A DNA stretch of 64,000 nt, from assembly GCA_944372365.1 (NCBI GenBank), contig CALVYP010000002.1, positions 121,369-185,368 on the forward strand, written 5' to 3'. This stretch comes from an uncultured Clostridia bacterium. Lineage in GTDB: Bacteria > Bacillota > Clostridia > Christensenellales > UBA1242. Both the position numbers and the translations under genes were made by a program. Shown one piece after another: positions 10,254-20,908 of the stretch. How positions within the stretch are numbered: the stretch's first letter is position 1; every line of letters begins with the position of its first letter. Under the pieces are notes generated by a model. That model did not search any database. It worked only from the letters and a program-made list of their open reading frames with translations, and had not been told where the DNA came from.

Positions 10254-12464
10254 TTAAATAAACCAATGTTTGCTTTGAGGCTGGGTTTCAGCCTCTTTTT
10301 TTAATTTAAACTGGTATGTTTTTTGATTTTTTTCATCAAAACCAACCCTCACCAACAAATTTTCGCCTGAAATTTTAAGTTGCAAAGTTTGCGGCTTGTT
10401 TTGATCGGCAACACTGGCAATCAATTTTTTGCCATCGTAGAAATTATATGTCAAATGTCTTTTTGGCAGAAATTTTACTTCTGCAAAGCCAGAATTGTAA
10501 TTCACATCAAAGCTTGATTGTTCCACGTCAACAAAGTTTTGCGAAATTTCCTTTGGCAAATTGAAAACCGAAAACAGCGCCAAACTTTTAAATCTTGCAG
10601 GTGTGTGCGGAGTGGCAAGCTCAAGCTTATGTTTATCTTCAAGGCTGATTAAATCAATCTCTCTTTCTACAACGCTTGGCGGTTGAATAAACGGTGGAGA
10701 GTTTTGAATGTTTGAAAAATAATTTTTTATGCATTTTGTGGGCTGGTTTCCGCCAGCGATTGAAATGGGCGAGTTATCCAAATTGCCTGTCCAAACCACG
10801 CACACTTCTTGTGGAGTGTAAGCCGCGCACCACGCATCAAGATTTTGCTTGCCTGCGCCAACTGTTCCGGTTTTAGCGGCGATGGCGATATTTAAGTCTT
10901 TAAGCGCTTTTGCTGTGCCGCTTTCTGCGGATTTTGTCAGCATGGTTGTTAAAAGATATGCGCAATCTTCGCGTAAAACCTGTTTGACTTTTGGTTTATG
11001 GTGATACACAATCTTGCCACTTGGATCGGTGATATATTCCACAAAACCGGCCTCGGCAAACTTGCCACCGCCAGCAAAAGTTGAGTAGCACTGAGCAAGC
11101 TGTTTGATTGTCATGCCAAATCTCATTCCGCCAAGCGCTAGGGCATATGAGTTGTCCTGTTCGTCAAACTCAACGCCCATATCCATCGCATAAGCCTTCG
11201 CCTTATCAATCCCAACATACGATAGCACCTTGATCGCTGGTATGTTAACCGATTGCGCAAGCGCGTCGGCGGCAGAGATGTAACCTCTAAATTTTCCGTC
11301 AACATTTTTTGGACGATATTCGCTAAGCACAAGTTTTTCATCCAAAATTTGAGTTTGTGGCGAAATCAAATCTTCATTGAGAGCGGGCGCATACGCAATT
11401 ATTGGCTTGATCAGCGAGCCGGGTTGTCTTTTTGCGTCAATAACTTTGTATGCGCTGTGCGCTTGATAAGCGGTTATGGCGTGGCGCTGGTTGTCGAGCA
11501 CAATTGCGGCGTTGTCGGCGCAGTCGAAATCTTGGCTCGCAAGGGCGTTTTGCAGATATTGCTGCTTTTGAGTGTCAAGATATGTGTGAATTTTATACCC
11601 ATTAAGCGCGATGTCTTTTGCTGGCATATCTAGCACGCGGCACGCCTCGTCAAGCGCAGCTTGCGAATAGGAATTGAGTGCGTTTTCGTCGCTGTTTTGC
11701 AGGTTTAGTATAATTGGCTTTTCACATGCTTTTAGGCATTCTTCTTGCGATATGTATCCATCTTTTTGCATCTGCGAAAGCACCAAATTGCGCCTAGCAA
11801 TGGCGGCCGATTGCTTTAAAATTGGCGAATATTTATTTGGCGATTTCACCATTCCAGCAAGCAGCGCGCACTCATCAAGCTGAAGTTTTGTGGCGGGTTT
11901 AGAGAAATAATACTCTGCCGCATTTTCGATGCCATAACAGTTGTTGCCATAGTATATTACATTTAAATAACACTCCAAAATTTCGTCTTTTGTGTGGCTT
12001 TTTTCAAGTTTTTTGGTAAGCACAATTTCTTTAATCTTTCGCTTGAAAGTTTTTTCGGCTGACAGGTGAGTGTTTTTGATAAGCTGCTGGCTGATGGTTG
12101 ATCCGCCTTCCTTTAAACTGCGCGAAAACAAATTGCTAATGCCAGCTTTAATTATTCGTTTATAGTTAAGACCGTGATGTTTATAAAAACTCTTGTCTTC
12201 AATGCTGATAAACGCGTTTTTTAAGTTGTCTGGCAGCGAAGATATTTTTGCATATTTGTGGTTAAAACTGTTTTGCTGTTTAAGTGGTCTGTTTTCGCTG
12301 TCAAAAATTTCAACGGCAAGCGCAGGAGATGCAAGCTTCTGCTCGTCGAGAGCAAGCGAAGAGTATTTAACAAAACTGCTTGCAACAAAAATTGTCACTG
12401 TTAAAATTGCAAGCGCAAACACTATTAAAGTTGTCGTAAAACAAATTTTGACAAATTTCTTCAT
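10254..12464 (-). CDS. class A penicillin-binding protein (PBP1A family: glycosyltransferase plus transpeptidase)
   Basis: GT51 motifs EDKSFYKHHG and GGSTISQQL. Transpeptidase SLIKP (SxxK) and KTGT. N-terminal TM anchor. Confidence 0.9.
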   Translation of the reverse strand: MKKFVKICFTTTLIVFALAILTVTIFVASSFVKYSSLALDEQKLASPALAVEIFDSENRPLKQQNSFNHKYAKISSLPDNLKNAFISIEDKSFYKHHGLNYKRIIKAGISNLFSRSLKEGGSTISQQLIKNTHLSAEKTFKRKIKEIVLTKKLEKSHTKDEILECYLNVIYYGNNCYGIENAAEYYFSKPATKLQLDECALLAGMVKSPNKYSPILKQSAAIARRNLVLSQMQKDGYISQEECLKACEKPIILNLQNSDENALNSYSQAALDEACRVLDMPAKDIALNGYKIHTYLDTQKQQYLQNALASQDFDCADNAAIVLDNQRHAITAYQAHSAYKVIDAKRQPGSLIKPIIAYAPALNEDLISPQTQILDEKLVLSEYRPKNVDGKFRGYISAADALAQSVNIPAIKVLSYVGIDKAKAYAMDMGVEFDEQDNSYALALGGMRFGMTIKQLAQCYSTFAGGGKFAEAGFVEYITDPSGKIVYHHKPKVKQVLREDCAYLLTTMLTKSAESGTAKALKDLNIAIAAKTGTVGAGKQNLDAWCAAYTPQEVCVVWTGNLDNSPISIAGGNQPTKCIKNYFSNIQNSPPFIQPPSVVEREIDLISLEDKHKLELATPHTPARFKSLALFSVFNLPKEISQNFVDVEQSSFDVNYNSGFAEVKFLPKRHLTYNFYDGKKLIASVADQNKPQTLQLKISGENLLVRVGFDEKNQKTYQFKLKKEAETQPQSKHWFI
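10277..10302 (+). terminator. recA rho-independent terminator embedded in the 3' end of the convergent PBP gene
   Basis: GAGGCTG-GGTTT-CAGCCTC followed by T7 on the + strand. On the - strand the same bases encode ..EAETQPQ.. of the PBP. Confidence 0.65.
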
Positions 12465-12497
12465 ATTTTTTAATATGCTCGTTTAAAAGTAAAATAT

Positions 12498-12526
12498 TTG
12501 CAAAAGTTTGTGAAATCTTGTATAAT
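12498..12526 (+). promoter_or_regulatory. sigma-A-type promoter abutting the miaB start codon
   Basis: TTGCAA (12498-12503), 17 nt, TATAAT (12521-12526), 6 nt, ATG 12533. No SD. Confidence 0.55.
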
Positions 12527-12532
12527 ATCACT

Positions 12533-13657
12533 ATGTTATATCATATTGTCACATTTGGCTGCCAAATGAATGTTCATGAAAGTGAAAAAATTGCATTTAT
12601 CCTTGAGAGCAAGGGTTATTCTTTCACGCCTGAACGCGAAAAAGCGGATGTGATTGTGTTTAACACTTGTGCAATACGCGAAGGCGCTGAAGACAGATTT
12701 TTAGGCAATGTTGGCGCGCTTAAAAGGCAAAAAAAATCAAATCCAAACTTGATCATCGCAGTTTGCGGCTGCGCAACTCAAAAGCAAAGCACCGCCGAAT
12801 ACATAAAAAAAACATTTCCGTTTGTGGATATAGTAATCGGCACATTTAATTTGGCAAAACTTGGCGACTACATTGATCAGGCAAAAAATAAGCGCGTTTT
12901 TGAGCAGTGGCAGCAAGGGGAGATCGATGAGCAGCAGGGCTATCTTCGCACGAGCGGCGACAACGCGTGGGTTAACATTATGCAGGGCTGCAACAATTTT
13001 TGTACTTATTGCATAGTGCCGTATGTTCGCGGCCGAGAGCAATCGCGCAAGCCTGAAAACATACTCAGCGAAATCAGGCAAATTGTAAGTGAAGGTAGAT
13101 ATAAAAAAATCACATTGCTTGGGCAAAATGTAAATTCGTATGGCAAGGATCTGACGCCGCAAATTTCATTCACACAGCTTTTGCAGCAGATAAGCCAAAT
13201 TGAAGGCGACTTTAAAATCACGTTTATGACATCGCATCCAAAAGATATAACCGACCAGCTTATCAGCGAAATTGCAAACAATCCAAAAATAATAAAAAGC
13301 CTTCATCTTCCAGCACAAAGCGGGAACAACCAAATTTTAAAGCTTATGAATCGCAACTACACGCGCGAAAAATATTTGCAAATCATTCAAAAACTTAAAA
13401 CTTTGGTTCCAGACATAGTGCTGACAAGCGATTTTATCGTAGGCTTTCCAACCGAAACAGAGCAGCAGTTTGAAGACACTTTAAGTTTGGTTAGGCAGGT
13501 TAAATTTGCTTCAATATTCGCGTTTATGTATTCTCCACGCGAAGGCACTGTGGCGGCAAAGATGGATGGACAAATCGATGAAAAAATCAAGCACGAGCGT
13601 GTAAACAGGCTGTTAAATTTAGAAAAACAAATTCAAAAAGAGGCAAAAAATGGCTGA
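12533..13657 (+). CDS. miaB: tRNA-i6A37 methylthiotransferase MiaB, lacking a C-terminal TRAM domain
   Basis: TFGCQMNVHESE N-domain and radical-SAM CNNFCTYCIVP. It ends shortly after the radical-SAM core and overlaps the mutS start. The ORF-track TTG 12518 lies inside the predicted promoter, so ATG 12533 is preferred. Confidence 0.85.
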   Translation: MLYHIVTFGCQMNVHESEKIAFILESKGYSFTPEREKADVIVFNTCAIREGAEDRFLGNVGALKRQKKSNPNLIIAVCGCATQKQSTAEYIKKTFPFVDIVIGTFNLAKLGDYIDQAKNKRVFEQWQQGEIDEQQGYLRTSGDNAWVNIMQGCNNFCTYCIVPYVRGREQSRKPENILSEIRQIVSEGRYKKITLLGQNVNSYGKDLTPQISFTQLLQQISQIEGDFKITFMTSHPKDITDQLISEIANNPKIIKSLHLPAQSGNNQILKLMNRNYTREKYLQIIQKLKTLVPDIVLTSDFIVGFPTETEQQFEDTLSLVRQVKFASIFAFMYSPREGTVAAKMDGQIDEKIKHERVNRLLNLEKQIQKEAKNG

Positions 13658-16232
13658 ACAAAAGCAAACTCCAATGGTGGGGCAATACAAAGCGATAAAG
13701 GCAAATTATCCAGACGCTATTCTATTTTTTAGGCTGGGTGATTTTTACGAGATGTTTTTTGAGGATGCCATCACTGCAAGCAGGGCGCTTGACTTAACAC
13801 TTACTCAGCGTGCCGGAAACCCTATGTGCGGCGTGCCTTATCACGCTTGCAACGCCTATATCCAAAAACTGCTTGCGCAAAATTTTAAAGTTGCAATTTG
13901 CGAGCAGATGAGCGAGCCTAAAGCTGGCAAAATGGTGGATAGAGAAGTTGTAAGAGTTATCACGCCGGGCACAATAACCGAAGAGATTATGCTTGACAAC
14001 ACAAAAAACAACTACATTTTATGCATCTATAAAAACGGCGAAACCATGGGCATAAGTTATGCCGACATCACAACAGGGCTTTTTGAAGTTGAGCATCAAA
14101 CAGGCAAAAATCTGTCGCAACTTTTAAGCGATGTGATCAGCAGGGTCAACCCAAGTGAAATAATCGCAAATCAAGAGGCTGCAACTCTTTATGAAAGCCT
14201 TCCAATCACAACGCTTGGCAGCTTTCCAAAGGCGCAGACATACTATGATTGGGCTTTTGGTTATGAAAGGTGTGATTCAAACCTAAAAACTCAGTTTTTT
14301 GACAATTATTTAAAGGTTTATGAGCTTGAAGATAAGCGCGCAGCGGTTATAAGCGCAGGTGCGCTGATTGAATATTTAAACGAAACACAAAAGCGCCAAA
14401 TCAAAAGCATAAAGTCGCTTAAACTTGTTGCAAGCAGCGATTTTATGCAACTTGACGCCACTGCAAGGCGCAATCTAGAACTTGTTGAAACAATTCGCGA
14501 ACGCAAAAAGTATGGCTCGCTTTTATGGCTGCTAGACAAAACTAAAACCAGCATGGGTGCAAGAAAATTTAGATATATATTCGATCATCCGTTGCTTTCA
14601 TCGCAAAAAATCAACCAACGCCTTGATATGGTTGAGCAGTTGCAGAAGAATGTTGTGATAAGAGATCAACTTACAGATGTGCTTGCAAACATCAACGACA
14701 TAGAGCGTCTTGCTGGCAAAATTGCGTATGGAAACATATTGCCAAACGAACTTGTTGCGCTTTCAAAGTCGCTTAAAATGCTGCCGCAGGTGACGGCACT
14801 TCTTTCGCAGTTTGATTGCTTTGACTCACTAAAACAAAAGGTGGGCAATTTTGACAATCTATGCACGCTTCTTGATAGTGCAATAGATGCTGGCGCATCT
14901 AGGCTTATGAAAGACGGCGGCTACATCAAAAAAGGATTTAATGCCGAGCTTGACTCGCTTCGCAATATAAAGCATGACGCCGAAAAATGGATCAGGCAGA
15001 TTGAAGAAGAAGAGCGCGAAAAAACAGGCATCAAAAGCTTAAAAATTGTTTCAAACAAAGTGTATGGCTACTATATTGAAGTCAGCAAAAAGGAAAGCGA
15101 CCGCATTCCGCTTACATACAGGCGCAAGCAAACGGTTGCAAACAATGAAAGATATATCACCGACGACCTAAAAATTCTTGAAAACAAAATTGTCGGGGCA
15201 GATGAAAAAGCCATCAAGCTTGAAGCGATAATCTACGATCAACTTAAAGCGCATTTGCAAACAGTTGTTGCCGACATCATGAATTCTGCCGACGCGATCA
15301 GCGACATCGACGCACTCAACTCGCTTGCAATAGTTGCAAGAAATCTAAATTTTGTAAGGCCAGAGATAAATGACGATATAAAAGAAATCTCAATAATCGG
15401 CGGCAGGCATCCAGTTGTGGAATACTTTTTAAAACAAAGCTCATTTATATCAAACGACACCCATTTAAGTGCGCCAGATGATCGAATCATGATCATCACA
15501 GGGCCAAATATGGCGGGCAAAAGCACATATATGCGTCAAGTTGCGCTTATCACTTTCATGGCGCACATAGGCAGTTTTGTGCCGGCACAACAGGCAAAAA
15601 TTGCAATAACCGACCGCATATTCACTCGCGTTGGCGCAAGTGATGACTTGGCATTTGGGCAAAGCACTTTTATGGTTGAGATGAGCGAAGTCGCCTTAAT
15701 TCTTGCAAACGCCACGCCAAGAAGTTTGATTATTCTCGACGAAATTGGCAGGGGAACAGCCACGTTTGACGGGCTTAGCATAGCGTGGGCAGTGGTTGAG
15801 CATCTTTCAAAAAATCTGCCGGCCAAAACGCTTTTTGCAACGCATTATCATGAGCTGACGGCACTTGAAGGCGAACTGGAAGGTGTTAAAAACTATAAAA
15901 TTTTGGTAAAAGAAATTGATGATCAGGTTGTGTTTTTGCGAAAAATTGCTCGCGGCGGCGCAAACAAAAGCTTTGGTATAGAAGTTGCTCGGCTTGCGGG
16001 CTTGCCAAACTCAATTCTATCGCGTGCAAGACAAATTTTAAAACAGCTTGAAAGCTTTAACCAGTCGATAGATGTAAAACTGCTTGAACAAGCCGCAGAA
16101 AAACAGGATAATAACAAAGCCATGAAGCAAATTTATGCAATTTTAAAAGACACCGATGCAAATCGTCTTTCGCCAATGGCGGCGCTTGAACTTATTGCAG
16201 AACTCTCAAACAAAGCTAAGGAGGGGAAATGA
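13650..16232 (+). CDS. mutS: DNA mismatch repair protein MutS
   Basis: 860 aa. N-terminal TPMVGQYKAIK..FFRLGDFYEMF and Walker A GPNMAGKST. Confidence 0.97.
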   Translation: MAEQKQTPMVGQYKAIKANYPDAILFFRLGDFYEMFFEDAITASRALDLTLTQRAGNPMCGVPYHACNAYIQKLLAQNFKVAICEQMSEPKAGKMVDREVVRVITPGTITEEIMLDNTKNNYILCIYKNGETMGISYADITTGLFEVEHQTGKNLSQLLSDVISRVNPSEIIANQEAATLYESLPITTLGSFPKAQTYYDWAFGYERCDSNLKTQFFDNYLKVYELEDKRAAVISAGALIEYLNETQKRQIKSIKSLKLVASSDFMQLDATARRNLELVETIRERKKYGSLLWLLDKTKTSMGARKFRYIFDHPLLSSQKINQRLDMVEQLQKNVVIRDQLTDVLANINDIERLAGKIAYGNILPNELVALSKSLKMLPQVTALLSQFDCFDSLKQKVGNFDNLCTLLDSAIDAGASRLMKDGGYIKKGFNAELDSLRNIKHDAEKWIRQIEEEEREKTGIKSLKIVSNKVYGYYIEVSKKESDRIPLTYRRKQTVANNERYITDDLKILENKIVGADEKAIKLEAIIYDQLKAHLQTVVADIMNSADAISDIDALNSLAIVARNLNFVRPEINDDIKEISIIGGRHPVVEYFLKQSSFISNDTHLSAPDDRIMIITGPNMAGKSTYMRQVALITFMAHIGSFVPAQQAKIAITDRIFTRVGASDDLAFGQSTFMVEMSEVALILANATPRSLIILDEIGRGTATFDGLSIAWAVVEHLSKNLPAKTLFATHYHELTALEGELEGVKNYKILVKEIDDQVVFLRKIARGGANKSFGIEVARLAGLPNSILSRARQILKQLESFNQSIDVKLLEQAAEKQDNNKAMKQIYAILKDTDANRLSPMAALELIAELSNKAKEGK

Positions 16233-18145
16233 AAATAAAACTTTTAGACAGCATGATTTTCAATCGCATTGCGGCGGGTGAAGTTGTTGAAAAACCTGCA
16301 TCAATAGTTAAAGAGCTTGTTGAAAACAGCATCGACGCAAAAGCAACTGTGATCAGTATAGAAATTGAGTGCGGTGGCAAGAAAAAGATTGTTGTTTCAG
16401 ACAACGGCAGCGGAATTATGCAAGAAGATTTGCACAACGCTTTTATGCCGCATGCAACAAGCAAAATTTCTAAGATTGAAGATCTTGACACAATTCAAAC
16501 GCTTGGTTTTAGGGGCGAGGCGCTTGCAAGCATTGCATCTGTATGTCATATTTATGCTTCTTCAAAAACCAAAGATGATGAAGTTGGGCACAGCATTAGA
16601 ATAGACGGCGGATTGTTTAGCGAAGTTAAAGAAGTTGCCAGAAACGAAGGCACAACCATTGAGGCAAGCGATTTGTTTTACAACGCACCAGTGCGCGCCA
16701 AGTTTTTAAGGCGAGATAAAATTGAAGAAGGCGAAATAACCCACCTTGTAGAGAAGTTTATGCTTGCTCATCCCGAAATAAGCTTCTTGTATGTTGTTGA
16801 CGGCAAACAGGTGTATAACACAATATCTGCCGAGTTGTCTGACATAATATACACAATATATGGAAAAGATGTTTATCAAAATTTGATTAAAGTTGACAGC
16901 GAAGAAGACGGGCTTAAACTTTGCGGCTATGTGGTTTCGCCAAAATTTTCAAAGATAAACCGCACAAGCCAAACGCTTTTTGTCAATGGCAGATTTGTTG
17001 AAAACTATCTTATTTCTTCTGCCGTTCAAGGCGCGTTCGAGCCGTTTTTGATGAAAGGCAGGTTTCCAATTTATGTTTTAGGGTTGAGTGTTGATCCGCA
17101 AAATGTGGATGTCAACATTCATCCAACCAAAAAGGAAGTTAAGTTTGCTGCGCCAAACAGAATTTTTGCATTTGTTAGAAAAAGCGTTGAAGATGCACTT
17201 ATGCGCGCAAACCATATCGCAAACTTCGAAGTAAACAGGGTTGATGAAAATTTGTTTAGCGAAGCCGAACTTAAAGATCCGCTCAACAATCAAGGTTTCA
17301 CGCACGTGCCGCTTGCTGATATAGAGCCTCTTCCAATCAAAGAAGGCGTAAGCTATCGCGATATAAGGCCGTATGAAAAGCTTGACATTCCAAAAGTGGA
17401 TGTGGAAATTCAAACCAGAACCGTAAAAAAGCAAATGCCAGATTTTATGGGTATCACGCTTGAAGAAGAAGAGCCAATCAACAAGCCGGGCGGAAGAATA
17501 TTTTTTGATCAAACCAATGCTTCTCATGCCAATGAAATTTTAAATGGCGCGCAACCAAAATTTTTAACAGCTTCTGTAAAGGATGAAATGAAAATTTTAG
17601 GCACGCTTTTTGCAACCTACATTGTGGTTGAGTATGACGACAAGGCGTATTTTATCGATCAGCACGCCGCACACGAGCGCACGCTTTATGACAAGCTTAT
17701 CTCTTCGGTGGAAGAGGCGAAGCTGATCAAACAGCCGCTGCTTGTGCCGTTTGAAGAAAAACTTAACAGTGCCGATGGTGTAAAATTTATGCAGGCGGCA
17801 GACCAACTTAAAAATTTGGGCTTTGATGTTAAACAAATTAAAAATGGCATTCAAATATCAGCAGTTCCGCTTATTTTAAGCAGTATAAACTTAAAAGCGT
17901 TTGTTGAAAGCGTGATTAGCGATGATCAGATTTTTGACAAAAGCAAAAGCCAAATTCTTAAACAAAGGCTTGCTCAGTATGCTTGCAAACATGCAATCAA
18001 GGCGGGCGACCATATAAGCAATGATGACATCGCATCGCTCATCGATCAAATGCGCAAAGGCGTTTTGCTTTGCCCGCACGGCAGGCCGGTGGTTTTAGAG
18101 ATGACTAAGCGCGACTTTGAAAAACTTTTTAAAAGAGTGGTTTAA
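16229..18145 (+). CDS. mutL: DNA mismatch repair protein MutL
   Basis: GHKL ATPase N-domain (IAAGEVVEKPASIVKELVENSIDA, GFRGEAL). Overlaps the mutS stop. Confidence 0.95.
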   Translation: MKIKLLDSMIFNRIAAGEVVEKPASIVKELVENSIDAKATVISIEIECGGKKKIVVSDNGSGIMQEDLHNAFMPHATSKISKIEDLDTIQTLGFRGEALASIASVCHIYASSKTKDDEVGHSIRIDGGLFSEVKEVARNEGTTIEASDLFYNAPVRAKFLRRDKIEEGEITHLVEKFMLAHPEISFLYVVDGKQVYNTISAELSDIIYTIYGKDVYQNLIKVDSEEDGLKLCGYVVSPKFSKINRTSQTLFVNGRFVENYLISSAVQGAFEPFLMKGRFPIYVLGLSVDPQNVDVNIHPTKKEVKFAAPNRIFAFVRKSVEDALMRANHIANFEVNRVDENLFSEAELKDPLNNQGFTHVPLADIEPLPIKEGVSYRDIRPYEKLDIPKVDVEIQTRTVKKQMPDFMGITLEEEEPINKPGGRIFFDQTNASHANEILNGAQPKFLTASVKDEMKILGTLFATYIVVEYDDKAYFIDQHAAHERTLYDKLISSVEEAKLIKQPLLVPFEEKLNSADGVKFMQAADQLKNLGFDVKQIKNGIQISAVPLILSSINLKAFVESVISDDQIFDKSKSQILKQRLAQYACKHAIKAGDHISNDDIASLIDQMRKGVLLCPHGRPVVLEMTKRDFEKLFKRVV

Positions 18146-19033
18146 GTGGAAAAAGCGGTTTTTATTTTAGGCGCAACAGGCGTTGGGAAAAGCGGGTTTG
18201 CAATCAAACTTGCCAAGCTTTTTAATGGAGAAATCATCTCTGCTGACAGCGTGCAAATTTACAAACAGCTCAACATCGGCTCGGCTAAAATAACAACTGC
18301 TCAGATGCAGGGTATTGTTCATCATGCGATAGACATTCTAAGCCCACAGCAAGAATTTTCTGTTTTTGAATTTGTGGAGCTTACAAAATCGCTGATCAGC
18401 CAAATCAACAAAAAAGGCAAGTTGCCAATCATAGTTGGTGGCACGGGGCTTTATGTCAAGGCGCTTGTTGAGGGCTATGACTTTGGTGGGAGCGGAAAAA
18501 ATGCAGAGTTTCGCAATCAGTTGTGGCAAAAAAGTCAAGACGAACTCTATCAAATGCTCATGCAGCAAAACGCTCAACGGGCAAGCGAGATAGATAAAAA
18601 CGACAAGAAAAAACTCATTCGCGCACTTGAAATTCAAAAGTTTGGCGCAAAGCCGCAAAGCCACGGCACGGACATCAACTTTTTGGTTTTTGCACTTACT
18701 ATGCCACGCGAGACTCTCTATCAAAAAATCAATGCGCGTGTTGATGAAATGATAAAACAGGGGCTTATTACGGAAGTTGAAGGGCTAAAAAAGCAGGGGT
18801 TGTCGGTTGAAAATCAAAGCATGAAGGCGATCGGCTACAAAGAAGTGCTAAGCTATCTAAATGGTGAAATAAACAGGCAAGAGATGATTGATCTAATCAA
18901 GCAGCACACGCGAAATTATGCAAAAAGACAGATGACTTTTATTCGCGGCATGAAAATTCCGCTTTTCGATGTTGCTTGCGAACGGCAAATTTTTGATTAT
19001 GTAAGGAGTTGGTATGACAATAGCGCAAATTGA
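18146..19033 (+). CDS. miaA: tRNA dimethylallyltransferase MiaA
   Basis: GATGVGKS P-loop and SADSVQIYKQLNIGSAK. GTG start directly after the mutL stop. Confidence 0.92.
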   Translation: MEKAVFILGATGVGKSGFAIKLAKLFNGEIISADSVQIYKQLNIGSAKITTAQMQGIVHHAIDILSPQQEFSVFEFVELTKSLISQINKKGKLPIIVGGTGLYVKALVEGYDFGGSGKNAEFRNQLWQKSQDELYQMLMQQNAQRASEIDKNDKKKLIRALEIQKFGAKPQSHGTDINFLVFALTMPRETLYQKINARVDEMIKQGLITEVEGLKKQGLSVENQSMKAIGYKEVLSYLNGEINRQEMIDLIKQHTRNYAKRQMTFIRGMKIPLFDVACERQIFDYVRSWYDNSAN

Positions 19034-20216
19034 AGAAAGTTTAAAAAATCAATTCGCCCAAATAGACGAAGTAAGTTTTTTCAATCAAAAAAAAGTGATT
19101 GAAGCGTTTAGAGAAAACCGCGTTTCAACAAGCATGTTTGCAGGCACAACGGGCTATGGCTATGATGATAAGGGCAGAGATACACTTTGCAAACTTTATG
19201 CCGATGTGTTTGGTGGCGAGGCTGGAATCGTCAGCCCATTGCTCACATGCGGCACGCACACAATTTCAACTGCGCTTTTTGGGCTGCTAAGGCCGGGCGA
19301 TATGCTTGTTTCCATAACCGGCGATTTATATGACACTCTTGAAGAAACCCTGCTTGGCAAGGGCAATGGCAGCTTGCAAGATTTTGGCGTTAAATATCAA
19401 ACTATGAATCTATTAGGCGACGACTTCGATTATCAAGCCATCAAAAAACGCCTTAAAAAATTAAAGCCGAAGGTGGTGTTTATTCAGCGTTCGCGCGGTT
19501 ACACCTCTCGAAAGGCGCTAGATGTCGCGCAAATAGGTAAGGCGTGCGAGACTGTTAAAAATCTGTGCCCAAACTGCTTTATTATTGTCGACAACTGCTA
19601 CGGCGAGTTTGTTGAAAAAACCGAGCCAACTCAGCACGGCGCAGATGTGATCGTCGGTTCGCTTATCAAAAATGCAGGTGGCGGGCTTGCTCCAACGGGC
19701 GGGTATATCGTTGGCACGCAAAAAGCCATAGATTTAATCGCAAAGCGCTTCACATGTCCATCGCTTGGCATGGAAGTTGGCAGCTTTGAAGCAGGCTATC
19801 GCATCTTCTATCAAGGGCTGTTTATGGCGCCGCACATCGTTGCGCAAGCACTAAAAGGAAGTTTGCTTATTGGCAAAGTAATGCAAGAAAAAGGCTATCA
19901 AACTCTGCCTGAAATCGATCAACCAACCAGTGATATAATAAGAAGCATTGTGATAGGCAATCAAGAAGGGCTGATTAAATTTGTTCAAACAATTCAAAAA
20001 TTTTCGCCCGTCGATTGCTTCGTAACGCCAATGCCGTGGGATATGCCGGGCTATGACGATCAAGTCATCATGGCGGCTGGCACATTTGTTGGGGGAGCGT
20101 CGATAGAGATGTCGTGCGATTCACCAATCAGACCGCCATACATTGCATATTTTCAAGGTGCTCTGACATATGAGCATGCCAAGGTTGTGGCTGAACAATT
20201 AAACAACTTGTTTTAA
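19014..20216 (+). CDS. PLP-dependent aluminium-resistance / Met-gamma-lyase-like family protein (YnbB-like)
   Basis: TGYGYDDKGRDTL..CGTHTISTALFGLLRPGD pattern that I associate with that family. SD AAGGAG. Overlaps the miaA end. Confidence 0.7.
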   Translation: MTIAQIEESLKNQFAQIDEVSFFNQKKVIEAFRENRVSTSMFAGTTGYGYDDKGRDTLCKLYADVFGGEAGIVSPLLTCGTHTISTALFGLLRPGDMLVSITGDLYDTLEETLLGKGNGSLQDFGVKYQTMNLLGDDFDYQAIKKRLKKLKPKVVFIQRSRGYTSRKALDVAQIGKACETVKNLCPNCFIIVDNCYGEFVEKTEPTQHGADVIVGSLIKNAGGGLAPTGGYIVGTQKAIDLIAKRFTCPSLGMEVGSFEAGYRIFYQGLFMAPHIVAQALKGSLLIGKVMQEKGYQTLPEIDQPTSDIIRSIVIGNQEGLIKFVQTIQKFSPVDCFVTPMPWDMPGYDDQVIMAAGTFVGGASIEMSCDSPIRPPYIAYFQGALTYEHAKVVAEQLNNLF

Positions 20217-20261
20217 CAGCGAAAAGGTTCTTTTTTTGTCGAAAGCTAAATAAATTATAGC

Positions 20262-20864
20262 ATGCAGACATACAAAACGCGCTCGATGCTTTCCAGATTT
20301 AAAATCAATTTTTCGTCGCAAGTTTCACAAACCAAAGGCAGACTGATTGTTTGCCTAGCGATAGTGCTGTTGTGCTTTGTTGGCGGAATAATTGTTTGTG
20401 CGTCCATGCCGGATTTTTATCCTGCCGATGAGTATATACTCTCATACAATGGTGTGCAAAGTGGGGTGGGCGCATTTTTTTCGCGAGCATTCTCAACAAC
20501 GGTTGTGCTTGGCGTTACATTTGTTTTTTCGCTTAACTTTATAACTCTGCCGTTTGCAATTTTGCTTATCTCTTTTCGCGGATATCTGCTTGGATTTAAC
20601 ATATGCGCGCTATGTGCAAACTTTGGTTTGTCGGGGTTGTTGGATGCAATTTTAATTGTTTTGCCTTGTCAGCTTTGCATGCTTTTGTGCTTTGCGCTGT
20701 ATTTTGCATTTATATCAAAGGCAAGCCAAAACTGCAAAAGATATGGCACAAGCGGAAGCAGGTGGAAATTATTTTTTGTATTTTTGGCGGTTTTATTGAT
20801 TTTAAACTTGATTGAAACATTGCTGCTTGGCATATTTTCTTCACAGGTGATTTTAGTTATATAG
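20262..20864 (+). CDS. spoIIM: stage II sporulation protein M-like integral membrane protein
   Basis: 200-aa multi-TM protein. The ..FRGYLLGFN..LDAILIVLPCQL.. segment parallels the SpoIIM segment ..LKGIVVGF..VLPQNL... Assigned from remembered similarity only. Confidence 0.5.
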   Translation: MQTYKTRSMLSRFKINFSSQVSQTKGRLIVCLAIVLLCFVGGIIVCASMPDFYPADEYILSYNGVQSGVGAFFSRAFSTTVVLGVTFVFSLNFITLPFAILLISFRGYLLGFNICALCANFGLSGLLDAILIVLPCQLCMLLCFALYFAFISKASQNCKRYGTSGSRWKLFFVFLAVLLILNLIETLLLGIFSSQVILVI

Positions 20865-20908
20865 AATAAAATTTTGCATTTAGAAAAAACTACCTTAAAG
20901 AGGTGGTT

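Noticed and set aside
12465-12510. PBP1A (minus strand) as another leaderless candidate: CATATT, 7 nt, ATG.
   Set aside because: The -10 is poor, and the only good -35 (TTGCAA) is 20 nt away. The gene does lack an SD, but the promoter call is too weak to count.
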